DNA of 64,000 nt. Source: Antedon mediterranea (taxonomy: Eukaryota > Animalia > Echinodermata). The notes below the pieces were generated by a model that searched no databases, was not told the DNA's origin, and saw only the letters and a program-made list of their open reading frames with translations. Position numbers and translations under genes: made by a program. The stretch lies in NCBI RefSeq assembly GCF_964355755.1, contig NC_092671.1, forward strand, positions 16,554,001 through 16,618,000, written 5' to 3'. This document shows positions 26,801-40,600 of this stretch, piece after piece (position 1 is the stretch's first letter; every line of letters begins with the position of its first letter).

Positions 26801-29800
26801 ATCCAATCAAATCAGAACCTAATAAAATATAAAAAGTGTAACATAATTTTAGAATAATACACTAAAAAGTCTCATTTTTTTTAATTTAATTTTTTTTTTG
26901 GTGCTAAATTTCTTTTGACAAACTTTAGATCATAGTACGTTTATTTCAAAGGGCTATCAGGTTTAGGATTTTCTATGAAAAAAGAATTGTTTCCATACAG
27001 TAGGTTTTTAAATATAATAATAAACTATGAAAAATGAAGCTAAATTTTATTTCAACTGAAATTATTTTAAGAAATTATATTAAAATCTTAAATTATGTTT
27101 CTGCTAAAATGCACCAATAAAAATTATTTTATTGCAGCGATTTCACATTTTCAAATTTTCAAATTACATCATGAAAATTAGCATAAGTAGTACAAGGTTG
27201 TGATTATATGTGATTTATATTTATTTTATTAACTGCTATCAATTTGAATAAAATATTATGAACCTGTAATTTCTGGTGCTTTAAGTTAACATCACTTTTA
27301 CCTTGGGAATACAGGTAAAATAGCATATTTAGGGTACAAACCGATTACAGCTTTTTCCAAGGACAACAATCCATTTTATATTAATATTATCAATACTCTT
27401 AAATGATGCCATATAACCTTGAATGATGCATCATCATCAGTAGAGAACAATCCTATTACTGTTTAACATTTGTATTTCCACTGTAGTATTTATCAGCTTT
27501 AGGCTATTATTATTTATAGATCTCAACTCTCCTGAAAATCAAGCAAATCTAATGTTTTAGGTCATTTCTCATCTTCCCAAAAACAATTTTTCTCCTGCTT
27601 TTAATCCCAAAGCTTAATTATTTTCTTAAAAGTATTAAATTAAATTATATAATTATTAATAGAAATGAATGATGATATAAATAATAGAATCGGCCATATT
27701 TGTTTACTGCGAAATACTTCTAAATCCAAGATTTAAATATTGTTAGCTTAATTCTCCTAAGAGATTTAAAATTAAATTTTATAATAGACATGACGACGTA
27801 TAGAATCGGCCATATTTGTTTACTGTGAAATAATTCTATGCATCCAAGTTTTGAATATTGTTATTGGCCAGTAAACTATTAAAAAAAGTTAAATTCAAAA
27901 AATATTTTACTCTTTCTCTATGAATAATTATCATAATCAAGAAAGTTATAGGCCAAATTGGGAATTTAAAAACCAAATTATGTAAATATGTCAGACAAAT
28001 TGAAATAGCTTTTGCAACTCCTCAGTGTAAATGTAAAACTTTCCGGATACAACTCAAGTATACTTAGAAAAAGAAACTACTTCACGTTCTTTCGTTGTGT
28101 ACTTCTAAATTCCAACGATGACGATGACCTGACCCAGGTTGGTACAGAAATATCAACACCTGTTGATTGGTAGATGTCTGAATTACTTCTTACATTTGTC
28201 AAAAACATGCTATCTTATAAATGCAGTATAACGTAATTATATATTATATTATTTAAAAATATTAATAAACTTTCTTTGAAAATGCATTTCTATTTTAAAT
28301 TTAAAGATTAACATGAGTGATCGAAAATAATATGTATCCTTTTCCTTTAAATTTGCCAATTTAATAATTTGGATAAGCAAAAATGCTGGCAAATATGAGA
28401 AATTTCATACTAAAAATATAATTTTTTAAACAAAAGTTCTAAATACTTCACAATTAAACTATAATAAATAATAAATGTTACAGTATCATAATGGACTACT
28501 GGGCTTTATAACTGGAAGACTTACAAGGAATGACATATAATTAAACACACACATGGTTTTAGTTTAAGAAGGGCACTTCAGGAAAAAAAAAGGAGGGTCC
28601 GAACTCCCTTGACTATGGGCTTGACATCCTACTGTACATACAATCCTATGTAATATCGTATATTATGTAAAAAGATATTTATTATAACAAGTTATTCAAT
28701 CAAATAAGATTTTGATTTTATACAAAGTCAACTATCAACACTACTTCCTATGACTGTCACCGATCAATCATCCAGTACACTAGAAGCATCCCTTGACGAC
28801 GACCTGCCCGGTTACACTATGTAGGTCGCGGTTTATCTCCTGCCTCCATCTACCAGCTTCTTACTAAACCCATTGTAATGCTACACTTCCTCGTTTATGC
28901 TGCCAATTTTCAGACATCCTATTTATTTATGTCATTAGTTTTTTTTTTACAATAATTATCAGATATTTAATAGATAATTTTTAAATAGTTCATTTCCAAA
29001 TAGTCTCTCAATGTGTTATCTGAACCTAATTGGAGTAGTTTCATTTACAAAGATAATGACATGATAATACCATTATATTTTAAACAGCTAAAAAAAATTA
29101 TCACTGCTAATATAATAATAAGTGCAAGGTACTATGTTATTTCAATATATAAACACATCAGGCACAGAACATGAATTCTAAAGCGCCCGGTACTATACTG
29201 AAATTTAATTAATTAATTTGAAACCATAAAGATGAAGAAATCTGTGAGATCCCGCTTCGTGAATAGAAAATACTGAAAAGATAAGGGCGTTTTAATTTGA
29301 TCTGTGGTGCGTGCATACAATTACTTGGGACTAGTGCTGTTCCGCTGGGAGTGTTAAAGAGTCCAATCAAGTTTCAACAATACCATGAAAGCCTCAGTGG
29401 TCTAATGGTTGGGACATCTGCATATAAAGCAGAAGGTTCTGGGTTCGAATCTTGGGGGCAACTTTTTCTCATTTTCACAGATTTCCTTTCTTTACCGTTT
29501 CAAATTGTGTATTTCTAGTATCATTCTTGTTTGAATAGCTGCTTTATTTATTTGGTTTTTTTTTCGTCAGAAACCATGATTTCATTGTCTTTGTTGGGAT
29601 TTGAACCCACTCCGTCAAATATAAAAAGATAATCAGAGTAAATTAATATAATATAAAAAAAGCTTTACCACTTCGTGACATGCCGACTTGAAGGCACCTT
29701 TGCAGCCTGCAGTATTGACATCGATTACGATTCACTTTCTGGATGGAACACTGACCACTACATGGCTTGTACGATACTTTGTTCTGAATACTTCGCCGGA

Positions 29801-32800
29801 AAAACCCCTGAAAAAGCAAAGAAATAAACGATAATTTAAAAATCCACAAATGTTTTTATACTTTATGCAAAAAAAAACTCACTTAATTTGATGGCTCCAT
29901 TGGTTATAGAAAGGACAAGAACATTGAATGTTGAACTTATCAGATCTAAAACCATGATATTTGGCATACATGGCTCAACACCGCGCAGCCGCGGAGCCCG
30001 TGTGAAAATTGAAAAAGTTACGGGTTTTGATGAACTATTTAATCGGTCAGTCAGTTTTACCGATCGTAACGTTGAAGTTGAACAATGAAGATTTTAACGA
30101 TTTTTAATGTTGATTTGTACCCCCTTTTCCTATAAAATCGTTGAAAAAATTGTATGTAAATGGACGCATAATATATATATATATATTTTGATTTAGCTTT
30201 TGGCTTTTTATTTTTGTATCTCCATTGAGATCCAGCTACTGATACCCACAGCATTGTCATTTTTTTCAGTAATTTGCCTTTGGATTTATATATATATAAT
30301 ATATATATATTACAAAAATCCGCCCCTGCATTAAGAAAAAATGCATATTTGGAAACTCGAACTGGGCACACACACCCCCCAAAGCATGTGTGGGAAAAGA
30401 GAGTCTATGAAAAAAACTCCGACTGGGCACACACACCCCACAAAGCATGTGTGGGAAAAGAGAGTCTATGAAAAAACTCGGACTGGGCACACACACCCTC
30501 CAAAGTATGTGTGGGAAAAGAGAGTCTATGAAAAAAACTCGGACTGGGCACACACACACCCCAAAGCATGTGTGGGAAAAGAGAGTCTATGAAAAAAACT
30601 CGGACTGGGCACACACACCCTCCAAAGCATGTGTGGGAAAAGAGAGTCTATGAAAAAAACTCGGACTGGGCACACACACACCCCAAAGCATGTGTGGGAA
30701 AAGAGAGTCTATGAAAAAAACTCGGACTGGGCCCACACACCCCCAAAGCATGTGTGGGAAAAGAGAGTCTATGAAAACATTTGCTGATAAATATTGAGAT
30801 GAATGTAGACTGTAGTTATCGTGAGATGATTTTTGTAAGAAATATTTCTTGTTATTCATAAAATTTAAAACATGTAAAATACCAAATTTTAAAGACTTTA
30901 ATGTTGTACGAAAAGGTACAGTAGTAACATAATTTTGAAATTGATCAAGTAATAATGAAGTCTCTGTGTAATGAATTTGTATAATTATGATTGTATCGTA
31001 GCGGTTGCTCTTTCTCACTTTGTATTTTATTTTAAATTACATATGTTTTTTGTATTTATTTGTGTAATTTGTCAATAATATTTTTCATTTTTGTACAGGT
31101 ACTGTACTACAATTCAGCATTATGCGGCAATGTATTTTTTTTTATGAATATGCTTTAATATGATTGAATAAAGATATCGAACATATAATTTTTTTTTTTT
31201 ATATAATAAAATACATTGAAACTGGCACTATATATTCAAAATGGTTAAACAAGAGTTCATTTTGTGTCTAAGATCACAAAAGTACATAATTTATCCATTT
31301 ATGATGACTATTGAAACTATAAAATTCACAACAAACATGTGAATTATTGGAATATTTTGAAGGAACATGACATTAACAACTCATAAATCAAAAAGATAAA
31401 AAACAACCGACTTTTCATTGTTTTTACATAATTTTATGTTCACAGTTATATAAAGCAGTTTAAATACAATTATTCTAATCATTTATGCTGGTATTATTCA
31501 CTGAATATGCTCGTAAAAAAAACCAGCGAAAAGCCAACAAACAAGTTATATAACCAACAGTCAACAATCATGTCTGCAGATCCTGAATCGGATAAAAACA
31601 GTGAAAGAATGAAAACAATCCCAAGTAGCATAATTGAATATTGGTAATACAGTACAAAGTATTGAACTATATATTGATACTTGTACGTAATACTAGCCGC
31701 AATTTGAACGTCTATAGTTGTGACCCACATTTCAAGCTTTTTACAGTAAATCTTCCCTTCTTCCGCAAATTCACACAAACAACAAGAGAGACTAGCGTTT
31801 TTCAGATTCTCGTATTACACTCCTGGCGACATCTATTCATATGGATAACCGGTCCGACAGTAACATGAGAGAGTGTTATTTACATAGTGTGCACAGAGTT
31901 TAATCTTTAGAACTAATTACTACAGACTTCTAAAATGATCTTATCAAATCCAATGTAACAAATTTACATAAGACTATACACTAAAAACATAGCTTGACAA
32001 AAAATGCGATGTTTTCAGCATGGACAGGAATGGTCTTGCTTCTTTTCAAATAATAATAATAATTAATAATAATTTATTATTATACAAATATTGTACTGGG
32101 TTCTTTAAATTGCACATGCGTTAGATGTGTACACTAAACCTACGGTTAGTCCTTATCTGTGAAGACTTACTCTACCACCAGAACCATGAAGCAAGTAAGT
32201 CTCTCTAACTAACCCTTGACGATGTTATGGCTACGTAATTACGGTTCCACTGTCTTAACCGCTCGACCACTCACTTGGCCGAATATAATGATTTAAAAAA
32301 ACCTATGTAGAGTACACTGTATTCTTGTAAATGGTTTCATCAGTAATGATTAGAAATGAGCTAATATTTGTATAGTATGTGAATTTGTTTTGGATTTAAT
32401 AGTGTTCATAAATGGGAAACTTAGAAGAAGATTTAGTTTTAATATCTAACATGTAACAATCAAAAGAAGGTTTATTTAGTTCCTTGTACTTTAGAAAGTG
32501 CAAGTTGTGTGAGGTGATGACAAAGAAAATGAATTAGCACGTTACTGGTCATCAATAAATTATACTGGACTTTATTAATGTACTGGACTGCACTTTTTTT
32601 TAAGTGCACTTGAAATACAGTGTAGAATTTATGTTACTATTTATAAAAATGATAGTTCACTCTCATAAAGAACATTCAGAGATGCACTACAGTAGCTACA
32701 AACGGCTTAAAGTTTATCAAAACAGAATCAAGTTTGTACAGGGCAGAAACACATTTTATTTTGACCGAGTACCAATTTTTAAATATCAAAATATAAAACA

Positions 32801-35800
32801 ATTTTTTCCTACATTCCTTGTTGTTTTGTCATGCTAATTACTTCCTTATTTACATACAACCTGTCCTATTGGTATACAAGTACTCTAGGCGTTGTTTTTT
32901 GTTCTTCTGATGATGAGAATAGTTTCTCGAAACATGTCACATTTTAAGGCAGTTTGCCTATTCATTAAGTGCCTCACTATAGTTATTTTAACTCGTAAGT
33001 TCGGTGGAATCATTCAGTTTTAGAAACTTTTAATTTGTTTAAAAAAAGTACTGTAGTTTAAACCACTAAAGTACTGTAAACCACTTTTTAATCATCTTTA
33101 CTCATTGATTTTGAGGGGAGGCAGAATTCATTTTTTTAAATACAATATTATTGATAACAGTATTGAATTTCAGAAATTCTTTATAGGTAAATTTGTTTCT
33201 CTGAACAATAGGACACAAGTAATTTTCAGAAATGAATACTTTTGTATTCTAATTTAATACAAATAAAAAAAACACTACGTAACTTGAAAGTACAATGTTC
33301 ATCATCCATCAATTAAATCAATCATTTCAAACAATAAAATTATTTTACAAATTCTTTGTAAAAAAAACTCTTTGTATCTTAAATTGCTTTTAATTTCTGC
33401 TACCGACACCAAAAATAGTACACCTACATTAAAGTACCGATGCTTAATTACTAGTGACATAGAACATGTACATATAATAATCCAATACCATATTGCTGGG
33501 CTTTAGTTTATATTTTCCACATGGCTTCACTTTCGATTGACATACACGCAATGTAACAGAGATGTATAAATTAACATAATGTGTTCCATCTCAATCGTCC
33601 TACATATTACAGTAAAGTACATTCCCTTTGTCTCTCGCCGTCGACACTCTCGTAGCTCTTACAAGCCCGAATTAGTCTCAAGGTCAGAGAAGTATTGATT
33701 TTTCTACCAACGTTAATTTGACTTAGTTTTCATGGATGTTGATCTTTATGTAGTCAATATTAAAGATGTTTTTAAGAATTCTGCCAATAGCAATTATGTC
33801 CCCAGTAACTCTACACCCTTCTTAGACAATTCTCATCTTCAAATTGCATTGCATGTTACTCTGGCCTTGAAGAAATCAATGCAACCACTGCAATATTAGA
33901 AAATATCACTACTATTACATTACAATAACAATTTCTGATTTCATATCAGCACTTACAGAAAATACAGCACAAAAACTGAGTGTACAATGTAAACATACTT
34001 TACTAGATATTGCTACCTACATTATATAATACAGTATATTAAAAATTGATTTGTTCGTGCCAGTTCAATTTTTAAAGTTCAGAAAATGTTAAATTAGTTT
34101 TGAGCTACACATGATTATAGAGTATCATATTATTTTGTACCTTTTTATCTTTATTAAATTATTATTCACAAATTTATTTAAATGGAAATATACTGAGATG
34201 GATACAGTTTAAGCCAAATGTGAATTCAGAATAAGCTATCAGGTCTAATTTTCTATCTTATATTTATATTGTTATATGATTTGTAAATGTAATCTATAAA
34301 AAAATGTTGTGCCGCAATTCAATTCCTTCTGCGATGGCCAATTGTTATGAATATGTAATTGTTTATGTGAATATAAGAACCAGAATATAATAGTCTGTGT
34401 ACACTCCAAACCATACAGTACATCTCCATGCTATAATAAGTGTGTCTTTTAAATTTAATAGCTGGGTAATGTATATCAGATTAATTAGAACAACTCCCTC
34501 CTTTAAAAATTGAAGGTGAAAATACAAAGGGTAGCGTAAACATTCAGTAACTACTGACAGTAAATTCAAACACATTCGTAAAAAATTAAAGGAGTGAGTT
34601 GAATGGTTGATTTAATTGTTAAGTATGTTGGTACATACATTCTGTATACTCTTTTTCATTCCATAGAGAATAATTAACATTGTTTCTTCGGAGTTATAAA
34701 CACTACACAGCACAGATTAAAATCATGTTATTCATTTGTAAACAACAGAGGCAGCAAATTGCATTCTGTCTGGAATATAAAACATGTTTACATACATTCA
34801 TCATTTGACAGATGTGTGAGATCATCGCGAATATTTACTGGTAACAGTACTCTTTAATTACATTGAACAAAAGGTGCAATTTTCAAATTTCAGAAGCACG
34901 CAATTGTGTTTGCATTTTAGTATCATCGTTACCCATACCGGTAAAATAGATAAAACACGATGATACTACTTTTGACAGGGTCAAGACTGGATTTAGGCCG
35001 TCTATACTGAGAAGATTAACACCATATCCTCTATACACATCAGCCAGATATAAACTAGGTCATGTATTAATAATTTAATAAGTTACTGATGTTTCTATTT
35101 TAGCGGCAGCTTTCAATTGTTGCATTACATGAATTGACACAAACATTTACGAAAAATAGTTTATTTTTAAAAAGATCTTGAGTAAATAAACACAGTAATA
35201 TATTATGGGTACAATACACTCATAATCTGGAGTAACTGCTTTAAACTATATTTTTTGTCGTTTCTTAAAATTGTGTTTTTAATAATTTTTTTAAACAATT
35301 TATATACAATTTGTATAAAATCATAGTTTTTTGTCTTGGATTATTGATTTTTAATTTTCTTCTTTAAATTCTGATACAATAATATATAACATGTATAATA
35401 AAATAGTTTAGTAAATTTTAATCAAAATAGAACACATATTTACTACATATATTTCCAGAGTTGTTTTTATCACGTCAGGTCTAGTTCAATATTGAATAAC
35501 AGAAATAGTAGGCTAGAATATAAAATGGCTATGAAGACAAAAAGATTATTATTGTGAAATATACAAGATATTATAATGTACATATTGATAGAATTAATAC
35601 TTGAAATATTTTTAGGTAGTACAGAGACGTTTGTTACATGAACTCTGGGCTTGCTAGTATCACATGTAAAGGCTATGTAAGTTTCCTGCAGCGACTGTCG
35701 ACATAGTCTTCATCACTGACCTTCTTACATTATACTGAACTACATTTGAAAGTAGGCCGAGTCGATACTGGACAAAAAAAATAACCGTGGCGATTGACGA

Positions 35801-37595
35801 TTGAGTTATGTTGAATAGCTCGCTTTCAGGCAGCTGTACAGGCCATGTAATGTCCGTGGTTCTAGTATGTCATAAAACAGCGGCAATATTCTACTCTATT
35901 GGAACATTAGTCGTCGTCGTTTCCATTTTCTTGTTCATTACATTAAACTCAAATATTTAATCTCTGGCTGCGTTATACTTTCTGAATGTCACATTGTCTG
36001 ACCTATAAGCTTTCATTAATGTTTATGAAATTTAAACTAAATGAATGTTTTCAACTTCACATCTGGAGGAAGATATATACAATACAAATCAAAACGTTGT
36101 GTTATTTTAACATACAGGTATAAATTTTCAATGCATACAGTACTAATAATTTATTTATAATATACAAATATTATAAAAAACACAAATATTTAAAGTATTT
36201 CAATATAAAGTAAAATGTTTTACATTGTTCATTCATTTTTATTTGCTTTTAAATTGTTCATTGAAAAAATATATTTAGAAATAAATAAATAATACTTTTA
36301 TCTAAATGTGTATGCTTCCAAGCTCAGTAAATAAATGTTTCGCTTACTATTTAATATCACTAATGTATCCAGTACTTAATAATAATTTTTGTTTTTAAAT
36401 GTTTTTATTGTATAATCATCTAATAATATTTTATGTTACTTGGACCCCACAATTAAAGTATGCTTTTCTCACGATTTAAATGAAGTTATTATTTGTTTGA
36501 CTTTGTAATTATTGGATGAAATTGAATTGAATTAAACGTCTTTTTCTTTTTACTGTTCATACAATGTGTTTTAAAATAAATTATAGCTTTCTAGGGCTTG
36601 TAAAATTTTATTTTTAGCTTACTGTCAGTGTATTGAAAATATTTTGTAGAAAGATTAAAATTAAAGTGTTTTAGATTTCTGAAAAAAAAATCATGTTGAA
36701 TCTGTGAAGTATTTATATAAATGGTAATTTTTAATCTAGTTTTTTGATATCGACTTTTAAAAAATTATGTAGAATATAGGTCATGAAATAGAATAGATAA
36801 TATTGACGGATCACTAACGGATTTCTATCTTAATACATTTATTTATTAATAATTCTTGACTCTTGAAATGATTTGTTATTAATCCAAAATTTCCCCATTC
36901 CGTAAAATCAGCAGCATTAATTTTAAAGTTGATTAATTCAATATGTTTATAAATCACTAGAAACAGTATATATCCCAGAGCAGTTTATCTTAACTTGATA
37001 TTTATTTATCTAATTATGAAAGTCAGAATAAGAAGATTTATAAATTTAATATTGATTTTGTAATTATAAGAGGGAAAAATCTTTAATTTCTGTAAAATAC
37101 AATATAGAAAGAAATAAGAGATATATTACAACAAATTTACAGTACTTCTACCCCTAGAGTAGAACCAACGGCAAATGGCGAAACAAACTTTTCTCGCCGA
37201 CGTATCCTTATTAATATAACATCATTTATCATTATTCTGTTGTATGTGGTATGGTAGCAGGCCTAGATGTTTATTTTACAAATAATATAGCTTTACGAGT
37301 TCAATTTTTAATCCTACATGTGAGAGTTTTAGGCAGCGATAAGATGTAAACAAACCAACTCTCATCGGCCTTCCATAACTTGAACTGCGATGTGGGTATG
37401 GATGACGTGATTTTTAAAAAGCGATTACCAGATAACCGATTAACGTCGGAGAACATTTTCAGTTGCAAAGCGATCATTTCTGTGGTTTGTGGTACTTAGA
37501 AAAAATTGATTATTTTTATTTTTTTCAGCAGAAACAGACCCTTAGTCTCTAGTCTCATCGTGACTAATATTAAACACATCTACTGTATATACAAA

Positions 37596-37648
<53 letters not shown>

Positions 37649-40600
37649 AAAAGAGGCAAAGAACAGAAAACATACTAACATTTTATTAAACTCTTTAGCA
37701 TAGATATTATCAGTGCCATCTCAGTTCACCATTCTAATTTTTTTGAAGTCATCAATTACATAAATTACTGATATTGATAAGAATAATATGAAAAGTTAGT
37801 AGCAAGTAAATCAAACTAATCAACACAAATTGAACAGTTCAGTAATTTTTTAAACATAATATCAAAAAGTTTAAGAGAAATCTCTTTAACCTTTAATTCA
37901 CACATATTTTTATTTAGCATGGCTGTAATTTATTATGCCGATGTTATATAAATTGTTTACTCCAATTTATATAGTAGTACAGGCTAGAAATATTACATAA
38001 TCAAAATCAAACCTCTCATTTTTCAAAACCTCCATAAAATTGTGATGAACTATAGTTGAATAAAAATCAAGTAATTTATTTCACATACCGTAATTATAAA
38101 AAACTTGTATTTATCTTATATTTTAAAACTGCTGTAAAAAGCAAAGAAAAAAAAACTTGGACTAACTGTTTTATGGTAATCAACAGTGTTGTTATTTAAA
38201 AATACAGTAGGACCCTAGGAGATATGGCATCCGATTATCATAGTGTTAACACATATATCCCTCATTTGATTCACAAGAAAGTGTCCCCTTAATAAAGGTC
38301 ATCCCTTGAATAGAGATGTCCCAAAGAAGGAATTTATTGTACTGTATGTTCAATTTGTTGCTGTATCTCTGTATTCTACATTGTAATGAAAGAGAACATG
38401 TGAATATTTTAAAAGATAAAATCAAAGTGGATATAATGACTAGAATAGAACAAAACCGAAGTTTAAAAATCAGGAATTCAATTTAATTTTAAATATATCA
38501 AAAATATGTATTGATTAAATTGTAAATCTTGAGTAAAGAATGTCCCTTCAGGAATATTGCATATTGCAATTCCCCCTTCCTATTAGCACGTTCGTTCTCC
38601 CTCCGGAAAATGCTTTCAAAGTGTCATTTATACTAGAGATCAATGAATATTAGATACAAAGTTCATAAAACGAGCCTAAAGACAGACAAAATTATAGCGT
38701 GATATAGTTTTTGTATTAATTTGCCCGCATGGACAGGTAAGGGTGAAATATGTAGGTGTCAAGGATAACATAAAGTTTAACTGTTGTACTACATTGACGC
38801 AATATGCATATTAAGCATGTACAGTATCCATCTATTTAAGGATTTAAATGACAGTTTAGGCTCCAATTAGGTGTTTAATCATTTACTTTTGTAATTAGTT
38901 TAGGGACGAGGCTATTAAACAAAATTAATTTATTATTCATAGAACAATACTAGAGGAAAATGTAAACTTTGACCTCTCTTTGAAAACTACAGTACTTTCT
39001 AGAAGTTGTAGTATTGAGTGAGTGAGGCCGATCAAAGCATACTGATAGAAACGTCGAGAAACTCAACAGTTCTTTCTAGAACTAATATACATGGTGTACC
39101 TGCAAACTTTATATCAACATTTGATATCGCCATGCAAACCTTCAAACAATATACAGAATCTATTCTCAAGTACTGCCAATGCTACTATAACTTCTTCCTA
39201 AGTATTTTTAAACTATATTTATATTTTTGTATAAACAGTTTTATAGCTGTTTAGTAAGTTTTTTAGGTTATCAACTACAAGCTTTTAGCTCTTTGTTGAT
39301 GGACTTTCCAATTGTTTAATGTATCTTAGTCTATTTTTTTTAAATAATAATTTTCTTTTCTCTTTGGATGAATAAAATTAATGAAATGATTTAAACAAAC
39401 CTTGAGTAATTCACATTTCAGATGGGTTTTGTACTGTACACATCCCGTTGGTGTACATATACTGTATTTTATAAAACATTTACAAAACTACAAATTGGTT
39501 TTTGATGTTCTAAGAAACATAGTTCACAACACATGCTAAACATTGTAACACAAGATATTCTTTTAATTCATATAAATCCCCATTTTTTATAATTTTTATG
39601 AATATTATTATTACACCAAATTTGTTACAGCACAATGCTTCACATAATTTTCAAAAACAATGAAAATGTCATATACTGTATATTTCTGTTACAAACGTGT
39701 TGAACCGGTTTTCAACTTTGCGGGTTTGTTGTAGTAGTGCAAACAATCACAATGGTGATGCTGCGAAAATCAGCCTCTATTCTTCACATGACTCCCATAA
39801 TAATTTGTAGCCTCATTATCACCATCATAAATCATAATTTGTAGCAATAACTCAACTTCTTCCCAACATTCAGGTGCCCTTTGATGCAACTAATTTCAAA
39901 GAATATATTCAACAGAAATTACGATTTACAGAAATTGAACATCATTAATAATAGTACTAAGCCCTATGGTTGTATTCCTAAGACTGCAGTAATATCAACA
40001 TTAATACAGTTGAAATTACTTGGTATAATTTAATCAACAAACATGCGTAGAAATTGTAAAATTGATTATTCAACCTACAGTATAACTTTCACTATATTAA
40101 TTCTTGAAAAAAGTATTTTTGATCTACAGTATGAAACCTTTCAAAACCACTATTTACTATCATTAGTTAACATTTAAGATTCAAACTCAGACTCTCATAC
40201 TTCTTTAATAAGCCCTACCACTGCGTGTAAGCAATCTCGTCTCCTTTTGTAGATTTCTCATTGTATCAAGTTTTAAATTTTTCAGTTTATCAAAAATACT
40301 CTAACATGATTAGTACACCATGTTTCCTGTCCTGCAAAATGGCATACTTTATTAGTCGGTTCGAAATAAATAACAAATAAAACGTTTGTATCAATGCTAG
40401 AAGATTAATATGTCCATTTTGGAAGAGTAACATTACACTAGAGAACATTAAATAAAATGAGTTAATGGATATGTTTTAAATTTACAAATTAATGTATATT
40501 TTCAGCTTTAGGAAATTATGGTGCGGAAAAACATTTACGTAGGAAGCTTGATAAAAATAGCTTTCCTGAAACGGAATTAAATAAGCCACTTTTTCTACCC

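Noticed and set aside
29390-29460. Functional tRNA gene
   Set aside because: A and B boxes are present but the stems are imperfect and it is embedded in a repeat.
30266-31018. Overlapping ORFs and a CRISPR-like look in the 61-bp array
   Set aside because: Units are contiguous with no unique spacers, no cas genes are present and the context is eukaryotic. The ORFs are by-products of the repeat.
31494-31778. 94-aa minus-strand ORF as an alternative N-terminal exon
   Set aside because: Non-ATG start, weak donor, and phase incompatible with the zinc-finger-2 exon.
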